A stretch of DNA of 64,000 nucleotides from Alphaproteobacteria bacterium (GTDB lineage Bacteria; Pseudomonadota; Alphaproteobacteria; MPNO01): assembly GCA_964291675.2 (NCBI GenBank), contig OZ219866.1, positions 2,144,001 to 2,208,000 on the forward strand, read 5' to 3'. The translations under genes were made by a program, and so were the position numbers. The first letter of the stretch is position 1, and each line of letters starts with the position of its first letter. The notes under the pieces are model-generated. The model worked only from the letters and a program-made list of their open reading frames with translations. It was not told the DNA's origin and did no database searches. Positions 27,846 through 37,399 of the stretch are shown one piece after another.

Positions 27846-29552
27846 GTGGAAGAGGGTTTTTCGAGCACCGGTCACGCGAAAGACCCAGAGAGCTACGGGT
27901 TCGACCTCGGCATCTGGAAGAGGGACATCGCGACGGCCTCGCCGGAGGCGCAGGCGTGGTTCGATCTGGGTCTCAACTGGACCTACGCCTACAACCACGA
28001 AGAGGCGGTATCCTGTTTTCGCGAGGCGCTGCGGCACGACCCCGACTGCGCGATGGCCTGGTGGGGCATCGCCTATGCCGGCGGGCCGTTCTACAACCGT
28101 CCCTGGATCCGTTACACCGAGCGGGAGATCGCCGGGACATTGCCTCTGTGCCATGACGCGGCGAGAGAAGCGCGCCGCGCGCTGGACAGGGCGAATAACG
28201 ACAGTCCGGTCGAGCGCGCGCTCGTGGCGGCGATATCGCTTCGCTACCAGTCTCGAAGCGAGACCGGCCATCGCGTGCTGAACCGGTGGCACCGGGAGTT
28301 TGCCGCCGGGATGCGGAGGGTCTACGCCGCCAACCGAACCGACCCGGACGTTGCCGCCCTGTTCGCCGAGGCGGCGATCACCTGCACGCCCCGACAATTG
28401 TGGAACCTCGGGACGGGGCAGCCGAACCCGGATGCCCTGACCGGGGAAGCGATCGCGGTACTGGAGACGGCGATCGGGGAAATCGAGAGAACCGGGATCC
28501 GCCATCCCGGAATTCTGCACATGTATGTCCATGCGATGGAGATGTCGCCGTTTCCGGAACGCGCCCTGCGCGCCGCCGACATGCTGCGCGGGCTGGTGCC
28601 GGACGGCGGCCATATCGAGCATGTGGCGGCGCATATCTATGTGCTGTGCGGCGACTACGCGCAGGCGATGGAGCAGTGCCGCCGCGCCGTCCGCGTGGAC
28701 GACAAGTATCTGGGCGTCGCGGGCCCGTTCAATTTCTACACCACGGCGCGGTGTCACGACCTGCACCTCCATATGTACACCGCCATGTTTCTCGGCCACT
28801 ACGGCACGGCGGTCGGCGCCGCGAACCGCATCTGCGAGACGGCGACGCCAGAGCTGGTTGCCTCGAGCTACCCGTTCATGGCCGGCATCCTCGACGGCTA
28901 TTCGGCCATGCGGACCCATGTCTATGTCCGTTTCGGAAAATGGCGGGAGCTGATCGAGGACGAATTTCCGGAGTGCCCGGACCGGACTCCGATCCGGGTG
29001 GCCATGCATTACTACGGCAAGGGCGTGGCTTATGCGGCCCTGGGCGATATCGAGAACGCGGAGTCCGCCAGGGCCCGGTTCGACAGGCATCTTCAAACGA
29101 TTCCCGAAGACGCCATTTTCCTCAGCAACTCCGTGCGCGACATCCTGCTGGTCGGCCAGGCCATGCTGGAAGGGGAGCTGGAGTATCGAAAGCAAAACCA
29201 CGACCTTGCCTTCGCTGCGTTGCGCCTGGCCGTGGAACGGGACGACAATCTGAACTTTACCGAGCCGTGGGCGTGGATGCATCCGCCGCGCCACGCCCTG
29301 GGCGCATTGCTGCTGCAGCAGGGTCGGCTGGTCGAAGCCGAAGCGGTCTACAGATCGGATCTGGGCTACACCGGCGACATCGCGCGCTGCAGCCAGCATC
29401 CCGACAACGTGTGGGCGATCCACGGGCTGCTGGAGTGCGTGAGAGCAAACGGCGACTTGAACGAGGCGCGGCTGCTCGAACAGAAGCTGAGATTTGCGCA
29501 GGCGAGAACGGATGTTTCCATAGCGTCATCCTGCTACTGCCGAATACATTAG
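27846..29552 (+). CDS. His-rich tetratricopeptide-repeat protein
   Basis: AQAWFDLGL..YAYNHEEA, CAMAWWGIAYA.GP.YN, HPGILHMYVH, PPRHALGALL. Confidence 0.8.
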   Translation: MEEGFSSTGHAKDPESYGFDLGIWKRDIATASPEAQAWFDLGLNWTYAYNHEEAVSCFREALRHDPDCAMAWWGIAYAGGPFYNRPWIRYTEREIAGTLPLCHDAAREARRALDRANNDSPVERALVAAISLRYQSRSETGHRVLNRWHREFAAGMRRVYAANRTDPDVAALFAEAAITCTPRQLWNLGTGQPNPDALTGEAIAVLETAIGEIERTGIRHPGILHMYVHAMEMSPFPERALRAADMLRGLVPDGGHIEHVAAHIYVLCGDYAQAMEQCRRAVRVDDKYLGVAGPFNFYTTARCHDLHLHMYTAMFLGHYGTAVGAANRICETATPELVASSYPFMAGILDGYSAMRTHVYVRFGKWRELIEDEFPECPDRTPIRVAMHYYGKGVAYAALGDIENAESARARFDRHLQTIPEDAIFLSNSVRDILLVGQAMLEGELEYRKQNHDLAFAALRLAVERDDNLNFTEPWAWMHPPRHALGALLLQQGRLVEAEAVYRSDLGYTGDIARCSQHPDNVWAIHGLLECVRANGDLNEARLLEQKLRFAQARTDVSIASSCYCRIH

Positions 29553-29636
29553 GACGGGAGCCGCCAACGAGGCTTGGATCCTGTGACTTGGGCAAAGCCG
29601 CGGCGGCGGATGCAACGGCGAGCTGCGGAACGGACG

Positions 29637-30899
29637 ATGGCGACGCCCCCGCAAACCGATCCGGCGAGCCTGATCGTCCGCAATGCGCGGGTCTTCGGCG
29701 CCGCATCGCCGGCCGACCTGGAGATCGCCGGCGGGCGTTTCGTCGCCGCCGGCACCGCCGACCCGGCGACGGCGGAGGCGATCGACGCGGACGGCCGGCT
29801 CTGCGTACCGGGCTTCGTCGAGCCCCACATCCACCTCGACAAGGCGCTCCTCGCCGGCAGCGTGCCGGCCAACCGCAGCGGATCGCTGGACGAGGCGATC
29901 CGCATTCTGGGCGACCGGAAGAGGAGCTTTTCCAGCGCCGAGATCGCCGACCGGGCCGGGCGCATCGTCCGCGACGCGCTCGCCAACGGCGTCACCCGCA
30001 TGCGCACCCATGTCGACATCGATTCGGGCTGCGGGCTGGTGGGCTTCGAGGCGATGCTGGCCGTGCGCGCGCGTTTCGCGGGTCTTGTCGAGCTGCAGAT
30101 CGTGGCCTTCCCGCAGCGGGGAATCCTCGGCGACCCGGGCACCGAGAGCCTGCTGCGCGCGGCGATGGAACGGGGCGCCGACGCGGTCGGCGGCATGCCG
30201 TTCAACGAGGCCGGTCCCGCGGCGAGCCGGGAGCATATCCGCATCGCCTTCGATATCGCGCGGGACCACGACGCCGACATCGACATGCATGTCGACGAGA
30301 CCGACGATGCGGGCGCGCGCACGCTGGAGATGCTGTGCGAGGCGACGGTGGCGAATGGCTGGCAGGGCCGGGTGACCGCGGGGCACGCCTGCGCGCTCGC
30401 CGGATACCCTGACGACTACGCCGCCCGCGTCATCGAGGCGGTCGCCGCGGCCGGCATCCACGTGATCTGCAACCCGGCGACCAATTTGATGCTGCAGGGC
30501 CGCGGCGACCCCCATCCCCGCCGGCGCGGCATCACGCGGGTCCGGGAGCTGCGCGAAGCGGGGGTCAATGTCGCCTTCGGCCAGGACAATCTGCGCGACA
30601 TGTTCTACCCGTTCGGGCGCGCCGACCCGCTCGAGATCGCGCTCCTGATGGCGCATGCGGCGCATATGGGCCAGCCCGACGAGATCGACGCGGTGCTGTT
30701 CATGGCGACGGAAGGCGCGGCCCGCGTGCTCGGCGCGACCGATTACGGCACCGCGCCGGGCTGCGCCGGCGACCTCGCGATCCTCGACGCGCGGTCCCCC
30801 GTCGAGGCGATCGCCCGCCAGGCGGACCGGCTGCACGTCATCCGCCGCGGCCGCGTCGTCGCCCGCACGGCGCGCACGCAGACCGTCGCCGCGCCGTGA
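29637..30899 (+). CDS. cytosine/creatinine deaminase-like amidohydrolase
   Basis: EPHIHLDKA, RTHVD, DMHVDE, AGHAC, GQDNLRD.FYPFG. Confidence 0.88.
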   Translation: MATPPQTDPASLIVRNARVFGAASPADLEIAGGRFVAAGTADPATAEAIDADGRLCVPGFVEPHIHLDKALLAGSVPANRSGSLDEAIRILGDRKRSFSSAEIADRAGRIVRDALANGVTRMRTHVDIDSGCGLVGFEAMLAVRARFAGLVELQIVAFPQRGILGDPGTESLLRAAMERGADAVGGMPFNEAGPAASREHIRIAFDIARDHDADIDMHVDETDDAGARTLEMLCEATVANGWQGRVTAGHACALAGYPDDYAARVIEAVAAAGIHVICNPATNLMLQGRGDPHPRRRGITRVRELREAGVNVAFGQDNLRDMFYPFGRADPLEIALLMAHAAHMGQPDEIDAVLFMATEGAARVLGATDYGTAPGCAGDLAILDARSPVEAIARQADRLHVIRRGRVVARTARTQTVAAP

Positions 30900-31101
30900 C
30901 CGCGCCGCCGGAATTCAGGCCGAGCATGAGGGAGAAATTTCCGCCGCCGACGTGCTCCACTCCCGGGACGCGGTGACGGGCTGGGAGACGGCCGCACCGA
31001 CCTGCCCCACCCCCGTCCGCCCAACGACGAGGTGCGGTCAGGGCCAAGCACGACAGCGGGCCAATAGACCCACCCGCGACAAGGGCGGTCGCGCCATTCG
31101 C

Positions 31102-31677
31102 CTACTCCGATACGTTCTCCGCCGACAGCTCGACCGCGTGCAGGAAAGAGCGGGCAGAGGAGCGCGGGCTCATCAACAGGAAGCTGTCCGCGCCGTCGCG
31201 CAGGACGATCGCCGCAAGATGCTCCATCGCGGTGCGCGCGACCCGGTCCACCGGAAAGGCCCGGTCGTCCAGATCGAGCGGACAGATCCGTTCGAGCGCG
31301 GCGCGCATGCCGGCGCCGGCGATTCGCAGCATGGCCCAGCTATCCGACTGGTCGGTCACGTAGGCGGCCGGACCGAGGGCGGCCTTGGCGGTGTCCGCCG
31401 CGCGGTCCGGGTCGGGTGGCGCGAACAGGATGAACACCTGGTCCGGCTGCATGCCGAGAATTCGTGCGGCATATTTGTTGCCGAGGCTGGACGCGCCGAT
31501 CTCCGGCCGCGCCGCGCCGAACCCGTCGGCGAGCGCGGCGGAGAAGGCCGCATCCTCGCCCCGGGGCACCGCCGCCGACACCAGGGCGAGCCCGGCGATC
31601 TCGGCGATGGCGACGGTGCCGATCGTCCTCTCGTAGCCGTCGAGCGGCGAACGGGATAGGAGCGAAGTCTCAGCCAC
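31102..31677 (-). CDS. soxG: sarcosine oxidase gamma subunit
   Basis: DQSDSW, CPLDL, ARTAMEHL, RSSARSF; follows soxA. Confidence 0.85.
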   Translation of the reverse strand: MAETSLLSRSPLDGYERTIGTVAIAEIAGLALVSAAVPRGEDAAFSAALADGFGAARPEIGASSLGNKYAARILGMQPDQVFILFAPPDPDRAADTAKAALGPAAYVTDQSDSWAMLRIAGAGMRAALERICPLDLDDRAFPVDRVARTAMEHLAAIVLRDGADSFLLMSPRSSARSFLHAVELSAENVSE

Positions 31678-34618
31678 GGAGCCGTTCCCCGTCCGGATCG
31701 TAGAATTGCGGCGAGACGATCTCGACCGGGAAATCGGTTCCGCGCATGGCGTCCCAGGCCCGGACCGTCTCGCCGATACGGGCCTTGCCGTTCTCGATGA
31801 AGCCGAGGCCGATCGACGTTCCAAGCATGGGCGAATAGGCGACCGACGCCATCCAACCCTGGTCGTTCGCGGCTTCCGGCGCCTCGCCATGCGCCAGGAA
31901 ATGGGCGCCGGCGGTGAGTTCCCGGCCGGGATCGACCGGCTTGAAGCCCATCATCTCCAGCCCGTCTTCGCGGTTCATCTTCGGCCGTTCGGAGAGCACG
32001 TTGCCGATACAGTCCTTGTTCTTCGACACCATGCGCTGCAACCCCAGCATGCGCGCCGTGGAATGGCCGTTCAGCTCGTTGCCGGCCGCGTGTCCCTTCT
32101 CGATCCGCATCACCCCGAGCGCCTCGGTGCCGTAGGCGACCGCATCGAACTCCTCGCCGGCCGCAAACAGCGCTTCCATCAGCGCCTCGCCGTAGCGCGC
32201 CGGCACGGCGATCTCGTAGGCCAGCTCGCCGGAGAACGAGATGCGGAACAGCCGGGCCGGCGTTCCGCCGCGCACGGCGATCTCGCCGCACGCCATGAAG
32301 GGGAAGGTTTCGTCGGAGATGTCGTGCTCGGGATCGACGATCTTCTCCAGCAGCCTTCGCGAGTTGGGGCCGGCGACGGCGAACTGCGCCCACTGCTCGG
32401 TCGCCGAGATCAGATGCACGTCGAGCCCGGGCCACAGGCACTGGCGGGCGAACTCCATGTTGCGGAACACCAGCACCGCGTTCGCCGTGGTCGTCGTCAT
32501 GACGAAATGGTTCTCGCCGAGCCGCGCCGTCGTGCCGTCGTCGTAGACGAAGCCGTCCTCGCGCAGCATCAGGCCGTAGCGCACCTTGCCGACCGCGAGT
32601 CTGGCGAAGCCGTTGGCGTAGATCCGGTTCACGAATTCCTGCGCGTCGCGTCCCTGGATGTCGATCTTGCCGAGCGTCGTCACGTCGCAGATGCCGACCG
32701 AGGAGCGGGTCTGCAACACCTCCCGGTCGACCGACTGCCGCCAATGGGTCTCGCCCGGCAGCGGAAACCATTGCGCGCGCAGCCACATGCCGGTCTCGAC
32801 GAACACGGCGCCCCGCCGTTCCGCCCAGTCGTGGCTCGGGGTCAGCCGGGTCGGTCGGAAGTCGCTGCCGCGCGAGCGCCCGCCGAAGGCCCCGATGGGG
32901 ACCGGCGCATAGGGCGGGCGGAACACGGTCGTCCCGGTCTCGGCGATGCCGCGCCCGGTCAGCCCGGCCATGACCGCGAGCCCCAGCACATTGGCCGTCC
33001 TGCCCTGGTCGGTCGCCATGCCGAGCGTGGTGTAGCGCTTCAGATGCTCGACCGAGCGGAAGCCCTCGCGATGCGACTGTTCGACGTCCTTCACCGTCAC
33101 GTCGTTCTGCAGGTCGAGCCACGCGCGGCCCTTGCTCTCCCGAACGTGCCAGAAGGGGGCGATGTCGCCCGCCTCGTCGCTCGCGCCGGGCGGATCGCCC
33201 GCGGAATGTGGAATGCCGAGCTCTCCGAGCGCCTCGACCGCCGACCGGTGGCCCTCTGCGAGCGCCGCCGCGGTCGTCAGGCTGCCGCCGGCCGCGCCGG
33301 CGACGGCCATGCAAGGGGGCAGGTCGCCGCCCGGCACGAAAGCGGCGATTTCTTCGCGCCAGACCGGCCTGCCCCCGTGATGACAGGTCAGGTGGACGTT
33401 CGGGCTCCAGCCGCCGGAGACCGCGAGGCAATCCAGCGCGATCCGTTCGCCGGTCGCCAGCGTCACGCCCTTCAGGCCGTGGCGGCCCCGGGTCGCGGTC
33501 ACGCGGCCCCCCATCGCGATCCGGGCGCCCGGGACCTCGAACGGGGGCGCGCGATCCCGCACGTCGACGACCGCGGCAACCGATACGCCCCTGGCGGCGA
33601 GATCCGCCGCCGTGCGCCAGCCGTCGTCGTTGTTGACGAACAGCCCCACGTGGCGGCCCGCGCCGACCGCGAACCGGTTGGCGTAGGCCCGCGTTGCCCC
33701 AGCCAGCATGATCCCCGGGCGGTCGTTGCCGGCAAACGCGATCGGCCGCTCGGTAGCGCCCGCGCACAGAATCGCGCGCTTGCTGTAGATCCGCCACAGG
33801 ATCTGGCGCGGTTTTCCGTCCGCCGCGGCCAGATGATCCGTCCGGCGTTCCAGCGCGCCGTAGATACCGTGGTCGTAGGCGCCGAACACCGTGGTCCGCG
33901 GCATCGGGCGGACCCTCTCCATGGACGCCAGCTCGCCTACCGCCTCGGCCGCCCAGGCGGCGCCGGGCCGGCCGTCGACCTCATGGGTCTCGGCATTGAG
34001 CCGCCCGCCCATGACGAAATCCTCGTCGGCCAGGATGACCCGCGCGCCGCTTCGCCCGGCGGCTAGCGCGGCGGCAAGCCCGGCCGGACCCGCGCCGACG
34101 ACCAGCAGGTCGCAATGCAGGAAGCCCTTGTCGTAGCTGTCGGGGTCGGCCTCGCCCGACAGGCGTCCCAGACCGGCGGCCTCGCGGATGGCGGGCTCGT
34201 AGACCCGCTCCCAGAAGCTCTTCGGCCACATGAAGGTCTTGTAGTAGAAGCCGGCCGAGAGAAAGGGCGCGAGCAGGTCGTTGACCGCCATCAGGTCGCA
34301 GCGCAACGAGCCGAGGTGGTTCTGGCTCCTCGCCTCCAGCCCGTCGAACAGCTCGGCGACGGTTGCCCGCGTGTTCGGCTCCCGGTGCGCGCCGCTGCGC
34401 AGCTCGACCAGCGCGTTGGGCTCCTCCGAGCCGGAAGCGAAGACGCCGCGGGGCCGGTGGTACTTGAAGCTCCGCCCGACCAGCCGGATCCCGTTGGCGA
34501 GCAGCGCCGAGGCCAGGGTATCGCCGGGATGGCCGGTCAGCCGCCTTCCGTCGAAGCGGAAGGCGAGGCTGCGGGCGCGGTCGATCGCGCCGCCGTCCAG
34601 CCGGAACGGGCCGCTCAC
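31670..34618 (-). CDS. soxA: sarcosine oxidase alpha subunit
   Basis: GDTLASALLANG, RSFKYHRPRG, GAGPAG, KRYTTLGMATDQG, GcvT-like C-terminus. Confidence 0.93.
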   Translation of the reverse strand: MSGPFRLDGGAIDRARSLAFRFDGRRLTGHPGDTLASALLANGIRLVGRSFKYHRPRGVFASGSEEPNALVELRSGAHREPNTRATVAELFDGLEARSQNHLGSLRCDLMAVNDLLAPFLSAGFYYKTFMWPKSFWERVYEPAIREAAGLGRLSGEADPDSYDKGFLHCDLLVVGAGPAGLAAALAAGRSGARVILADEDFVMGGRLNAETHEVDGRPGAAWAAEAVGELASMERVRPMPRTTVFGAYDHGIYGALERRTDHLAAADGKPRQILWRIYSKRAILCAGATERPIAFAGNDRPGIMLAGATRAYANRFAVGAGRHVGLFVNNDDGWRTAADLAARGVSVAAVVDVRDRAPPFEVPGARIAMGGRVTATRGRHGLKGVTLATGERIALDCLAVSGGWSPNVHLTCHHGGRPVWREEIAAFVPGGDLPPCMAVAGAAGGSLTTAAALAEGHRSAVEALGELGIPHSAGDPPGASDEAGDIAPFWHVRESKGRAWLDLQNDVTVKDVEQSHREGFRSVEHLKRYTTLGMATDQGRTANVLGLAVMAGLTGRGIAETGTTVFRPPYAPVPIGAFGGRSRGSDFRPTRLTPSHDWAERRGAVFVETGMWLRAQWFPLPGETHWRQSVDREVLQTRSSVGICDVTTLGKIDIQGRDAQEFVNRIYANGFARLAVGKVRYGLMLREDGFVYDDGTTARLGENHFVMTTTTANAVLVFRNMEFARQCLWPGLDVHLISATEQWAQFAVAGPNSRRLLEKIVDPEHDISDETFPFMACGEIAVRGGTPARLFRISFSGELAYEIAVPARYGEALMEALFAAGEEFDAVAYGTEALGVMRIEKGHAAGNELNGHSTARMLGLQRMVSKNKDCIGNVLSERPKMNREDGLEMMGFKPVDPGRELTAGAHFLAHGEAPEAANDQGWMASVAYSPMLGTSIGLGFIENGKARIGETVRAWDAMRGTDFPVEIVSPQFYDPDGERLRG

Positions 34619-34902
34619 CGGTCCCGCCCCCTGGCGAGCGCGACATCGCGCGCCAGCTCGACCCGGACGATCTCGTGGGTCAGCGTGTCGCGGGTCACCA
34701 CCAGCCAGGACCGGTCGCCCTGCTCGTGAAACCAGAGCTCGCGGTGCTCGCCGGCCGGGTTGTCGCGCAGATGGAGATAGTCGTGGAACCGCCGCCCCGC
34801 GTCGTCCGCCTGCCAGTCGGGCCGGTCGATCAGCGCGGCATCGCCCAGATAGACGAACTCCGCCGCATCGCGCGGGCCGAGCAGGGGATGGTCGATGATC
34901 AC
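34615..34902 (-). CDS. soxD: sarcosine oxidase delta subunit
   Basis: GPRD..EF.Y.GDA, RDNPAG, ELWFH, RDTLTHEI. Confidence 0.88.
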   Translation of the reverse strand: MIIDHPLLGPRDAAEFVYLGDAALIDRPDWQADDAGRRFHDYLHLRDNPAGEHRELWFHEQGDRSWLVVTRDTLTHEIVRVELARDVALARGRDR

Positions 34903-34911
34903 GCCGTCCCC

Positions 34912-36162
34912 CTAGTGCAGGTTCGGCTGGGCGCCGGCGCCGTTCTCGGCGATCGGGGCGCCGGTGGCGAAACGGTCGAGCCGCATCGCCGCGGCGGCGG
35001 GGTGCGGCGCGCCGGTCGCCACCAGATGGGCCAGGCAATAGCCGCCCGCCGGGATCGCCTTGAAGCCGCCATAGCACCAGCCGCCGGTGAAATAGAGGCC
35101 CTCGACCGGAGTCCTGTCGATGAAGGGCGAGCCGTCCATCGACATGTCGACCACGCCGCCCCACATGCGCAGCACCCGCGCCCGGCCGATCGCCGGCATC
35201 AGCGCCATGCCGCCCTCGCAGACATCCTCCACCGTCGGCAGATTGCCCCGCCGGGCGTATGAGTTGTAGCCGTCGAGATCGCCGCCGAAGACGATTCCGC
35301 CCTTGTCCGACTGGCATACGTAGAAATGCCCGGCCCCGAAGGTGATCGCGCCGTGGATGAGGGGTTTCAGCCCTTCGGTCACGCAGGCCTGCAGGACATG
35401 GCTCTCGATCGGCAGGCGTAGCCCGGCGAGCTCCATCACCCGGCTGGACGAGCCGGCGGCGCAGACCGCCACCCTGTTCGCGCCGATGGCGCCGCGCGTC
35501 GTCTCGACGCCCCGGCAGACCCCGTCCCGGATGTCGAAGCCGGTGACCTCGCAGTTCTGGATCAAATCGACGCCGCGCCGGTCGGCGCCCCTTGCATAGC
35601 CCCAGACCACCGCGTCGTGGCGCGCCGTGCCGGCGCGCGGTTGCCACAGACCGCCCTTGATGGGGAAGCGCTCGTTGTCGAAGTCGAAGAACGGGAACTT
35701 GCGTTGCAGCGCTTCGCGGTCGAGCAGCACCGCATCCACCCCGGCCAGGATCATGGCGTTGCCGCGCCGGGCGGCGGCGTCGCGCTGGGGATCGTTGTGG
35801 AGCAGGTTGACGATCCCGCGCTGCGAGACCATGGCGTTGTAGTTGAGCTCCCGTTCCAGCCCCTCCCACAGCTTCATCGACAGTTCGTAAAAATGCTGGT
35901 TGCCGGGCAGCAGATAGTTGGACCGGACGATGGTCGTGTTGCGTCCGACATTGCCGGAGCCGAGCCAGCCCTTTTCCAGCACCGCGACATCGGTGAGCCC
36001 GTGCCGCTTCGCCAGATAGTAGGCCGTGGCGACGCCGTGCCCGCCGCCGCCCACGACGACGATGTCGTAGCGCCGCCTGGGCTCCGGCTCGCGCCAGAGC
36101 GGCTTCCAGCCGCGATTGCCGGTCAGGCCTTGCCTGAGGATTTGCAGGGCGGAATAGCGCAT
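34912..36162 (-). CDS. soxB: sarcosine oxidase beta subunit
   Basis: GGGGHG, GNVGRNTTIVRSNY, TARHDAV, GGWCYGGFKA. Confidence 0.93.
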   Translation of the reverse strand: MRYSALQILRQGLTGNRGWKPLWREPEPRRRYDIVVVGGGGHGVATAYYLAKRHGLTDVAVLEKGWLGSGNVGRNTTIVRSNYLLPGNQHFYELSMKLWEGLERELNYNAMVSQRGIVNLLHNDPQRDAAARRGNAMILAGVDAVLLDREALQRKFPFFDFDNERFPIKGGLWQPRAGTARHDAVVWGYARGADRRGVDLIQNCEVTGFDIRDGVCRGVETTRGAIGANRVAVCAAGSSSRVMELAGLRLPIESHVLQACVTEGLKPLIHGAITFGAGHFYVCQSDKGGIVFGGDLDGYNSYARRGNLPTVEDVCEGGMALMPAIGRARVLRMWGGVVDMSMDGSPFIDRTPVEGLYFTGGWCYGGFKAIPAGGYCLAHLVATGAPHPAAAAMRLDRFATGAPIAENGAGAQPNLH

Positions 36163-36248
36163 CGCTCGGTCCACTGACCGGTCGATTGATGCGCCGGAGG
36201 GCGCGCCCATGCTTTCCTGAAAAGGACGTTTGTTTTAATATTTCGGAC

Positions 36249-37235
36249 ATGACGAAGCCGAACCCGGCCGCCCGCCGAATCGCCTTCCTGCTGGTCGAGG
36301 GATTCGCCCTGATGTCGTTCGCGGCCGTGACCGAGCCCTTGCGCGCGGCCAATTTGCTGGCCGGCAGGCGCATATACGAGACCTCCTTTTTCGCGGCGGG
36401 ATCGAGGCCCTCGGAGTTCCTCGACAGCTCGTCCGCGGCCTCGGTGGCGGTGGCGGCGCTCGGCGAAGCCACCGGCGAGTTCGACCTCGCCTTCGTCGTG
36501 GCCGGGGGCGATCCGGTCGGCTTCCGCGACGACGGCGCGTTCCAGTGGTTGCGGCGTCAGGCCCGGCACGGCTGCGTGCTTGGCGGGGTTTCCGGCGGTC
36601 CCGCGGTGCTCGCCAATGCCGGCGTCATGCGGAACCGGCGGATGACGCTTCACTGGGAGCATTCGGCCGCGCTGGAGGAGCGTCATCCCGGCCTGCTCCT
36701 GGAACGGACCCTTTACGTGGTGGACCGGGACCGCATGACCTGTGCCGGCGGCACGGCGCCGCTGGACATGATGCATGCCCTGATCGCCGAGCACCACGGT
36801 ACCGACTTCGCCCGCAGGGTCAGCGACTGGTTCATGCATACCGACGTGCGTCCCGCCGGCGGTCCGCAGCGGGCCGGTCTGGCGCAGCGCTACGGCACCA
36901 ACAGCCACACCGTGCTGGCCGCCATCGAGACCATGGAGAACCACATCGCCGACCCGCTCCCCTTGTCGGATCTGGCCCGGCTTGTCGGGGTGAGCGCGCG
37001 TCACCTGAACCGGCAGTTCGGCGCCGATCTGGGGTGCAGCGCCGGCGCGTTCTACCGCGATCTGCGCCTCGGCAAGTCGCGCGAGCTGTTGCGCCAGACC
37101 GCCCTGCCGGTGCTCGAAATTGCCATCGCGTCGGGCTTTTCCAGCGCCGCCCATTTCGCGACCGCCTACAGGAGGCGGTTCGGCGAGGCCCCGTCGCGCC
37201 ATCGCCTGGACGCGCTGCCGGCGAACCAATTCTGA
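36249..37235 (+). CDS. GlxA family AraC regulator
   Basis: EPLRAAN, TCAGGTAPLD, C-terminal AraC HTH (EIAIASGF). Confidence 0.9.
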   Translation: MTKPNPAARRIAFLLVEGFALMSFAAVTEPLRAANLLAGRRIYETSFFAAGSRPSEFLDSSSAASVAVAALGEATGEFDLAFVVAGGDPVGFRDDGAFQWLRRQARHGCVLGGVSGGPAVLANAGVMRNRRMTLHWEHSAALEERHPGLLLERTLYVVDRDRMTCAGGTAPLDMMHALIAEHHGTDFARRVSDWFMHTDVRPAGGPQRAGLAQRYGTNSHTVLAAIETMENHIADPLPLSDLARLVGVSARHLNRQFGADLGCSAGAFYRDLRLGKSRELLRQTALPVLEIAIASGFSSAAHFATAYRRRFGEAPSRHRLDALPANQF

Positions 37236-37260
37236 CCAATGTGGATCGCTTGCAACCAAG
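37225..37260. promoter_or_regulatory. ACCAAT direct repeats upstream of amt
   Basis: ACCAAT at 37225 and 37235, ACCAAG at 37255. Confidence 0.55.
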
Positions 37261-37399
37261 ATTGTTGAAGCATCTTCCGGAAACGGCCATGCTTCACCGG
37301 CGTGGACAGGCGCCGGCCGGCACTCGATCGGATGCAACCGGTTTCCACCTGCGGCCGGGCGCCAAGGACAACCGCTCGAGTATCTGGGGAGCCAAGGCC

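Noticed and set aside
31670-36472. 1600-aa ORF suggesting a giant SoxA fusion
   Set aside because: The first ~618 codons are Arg/Pro-rich off-frame read-through over soxB and soxD; real SoxA starts at GTG 34618, overlapping the soxD stop
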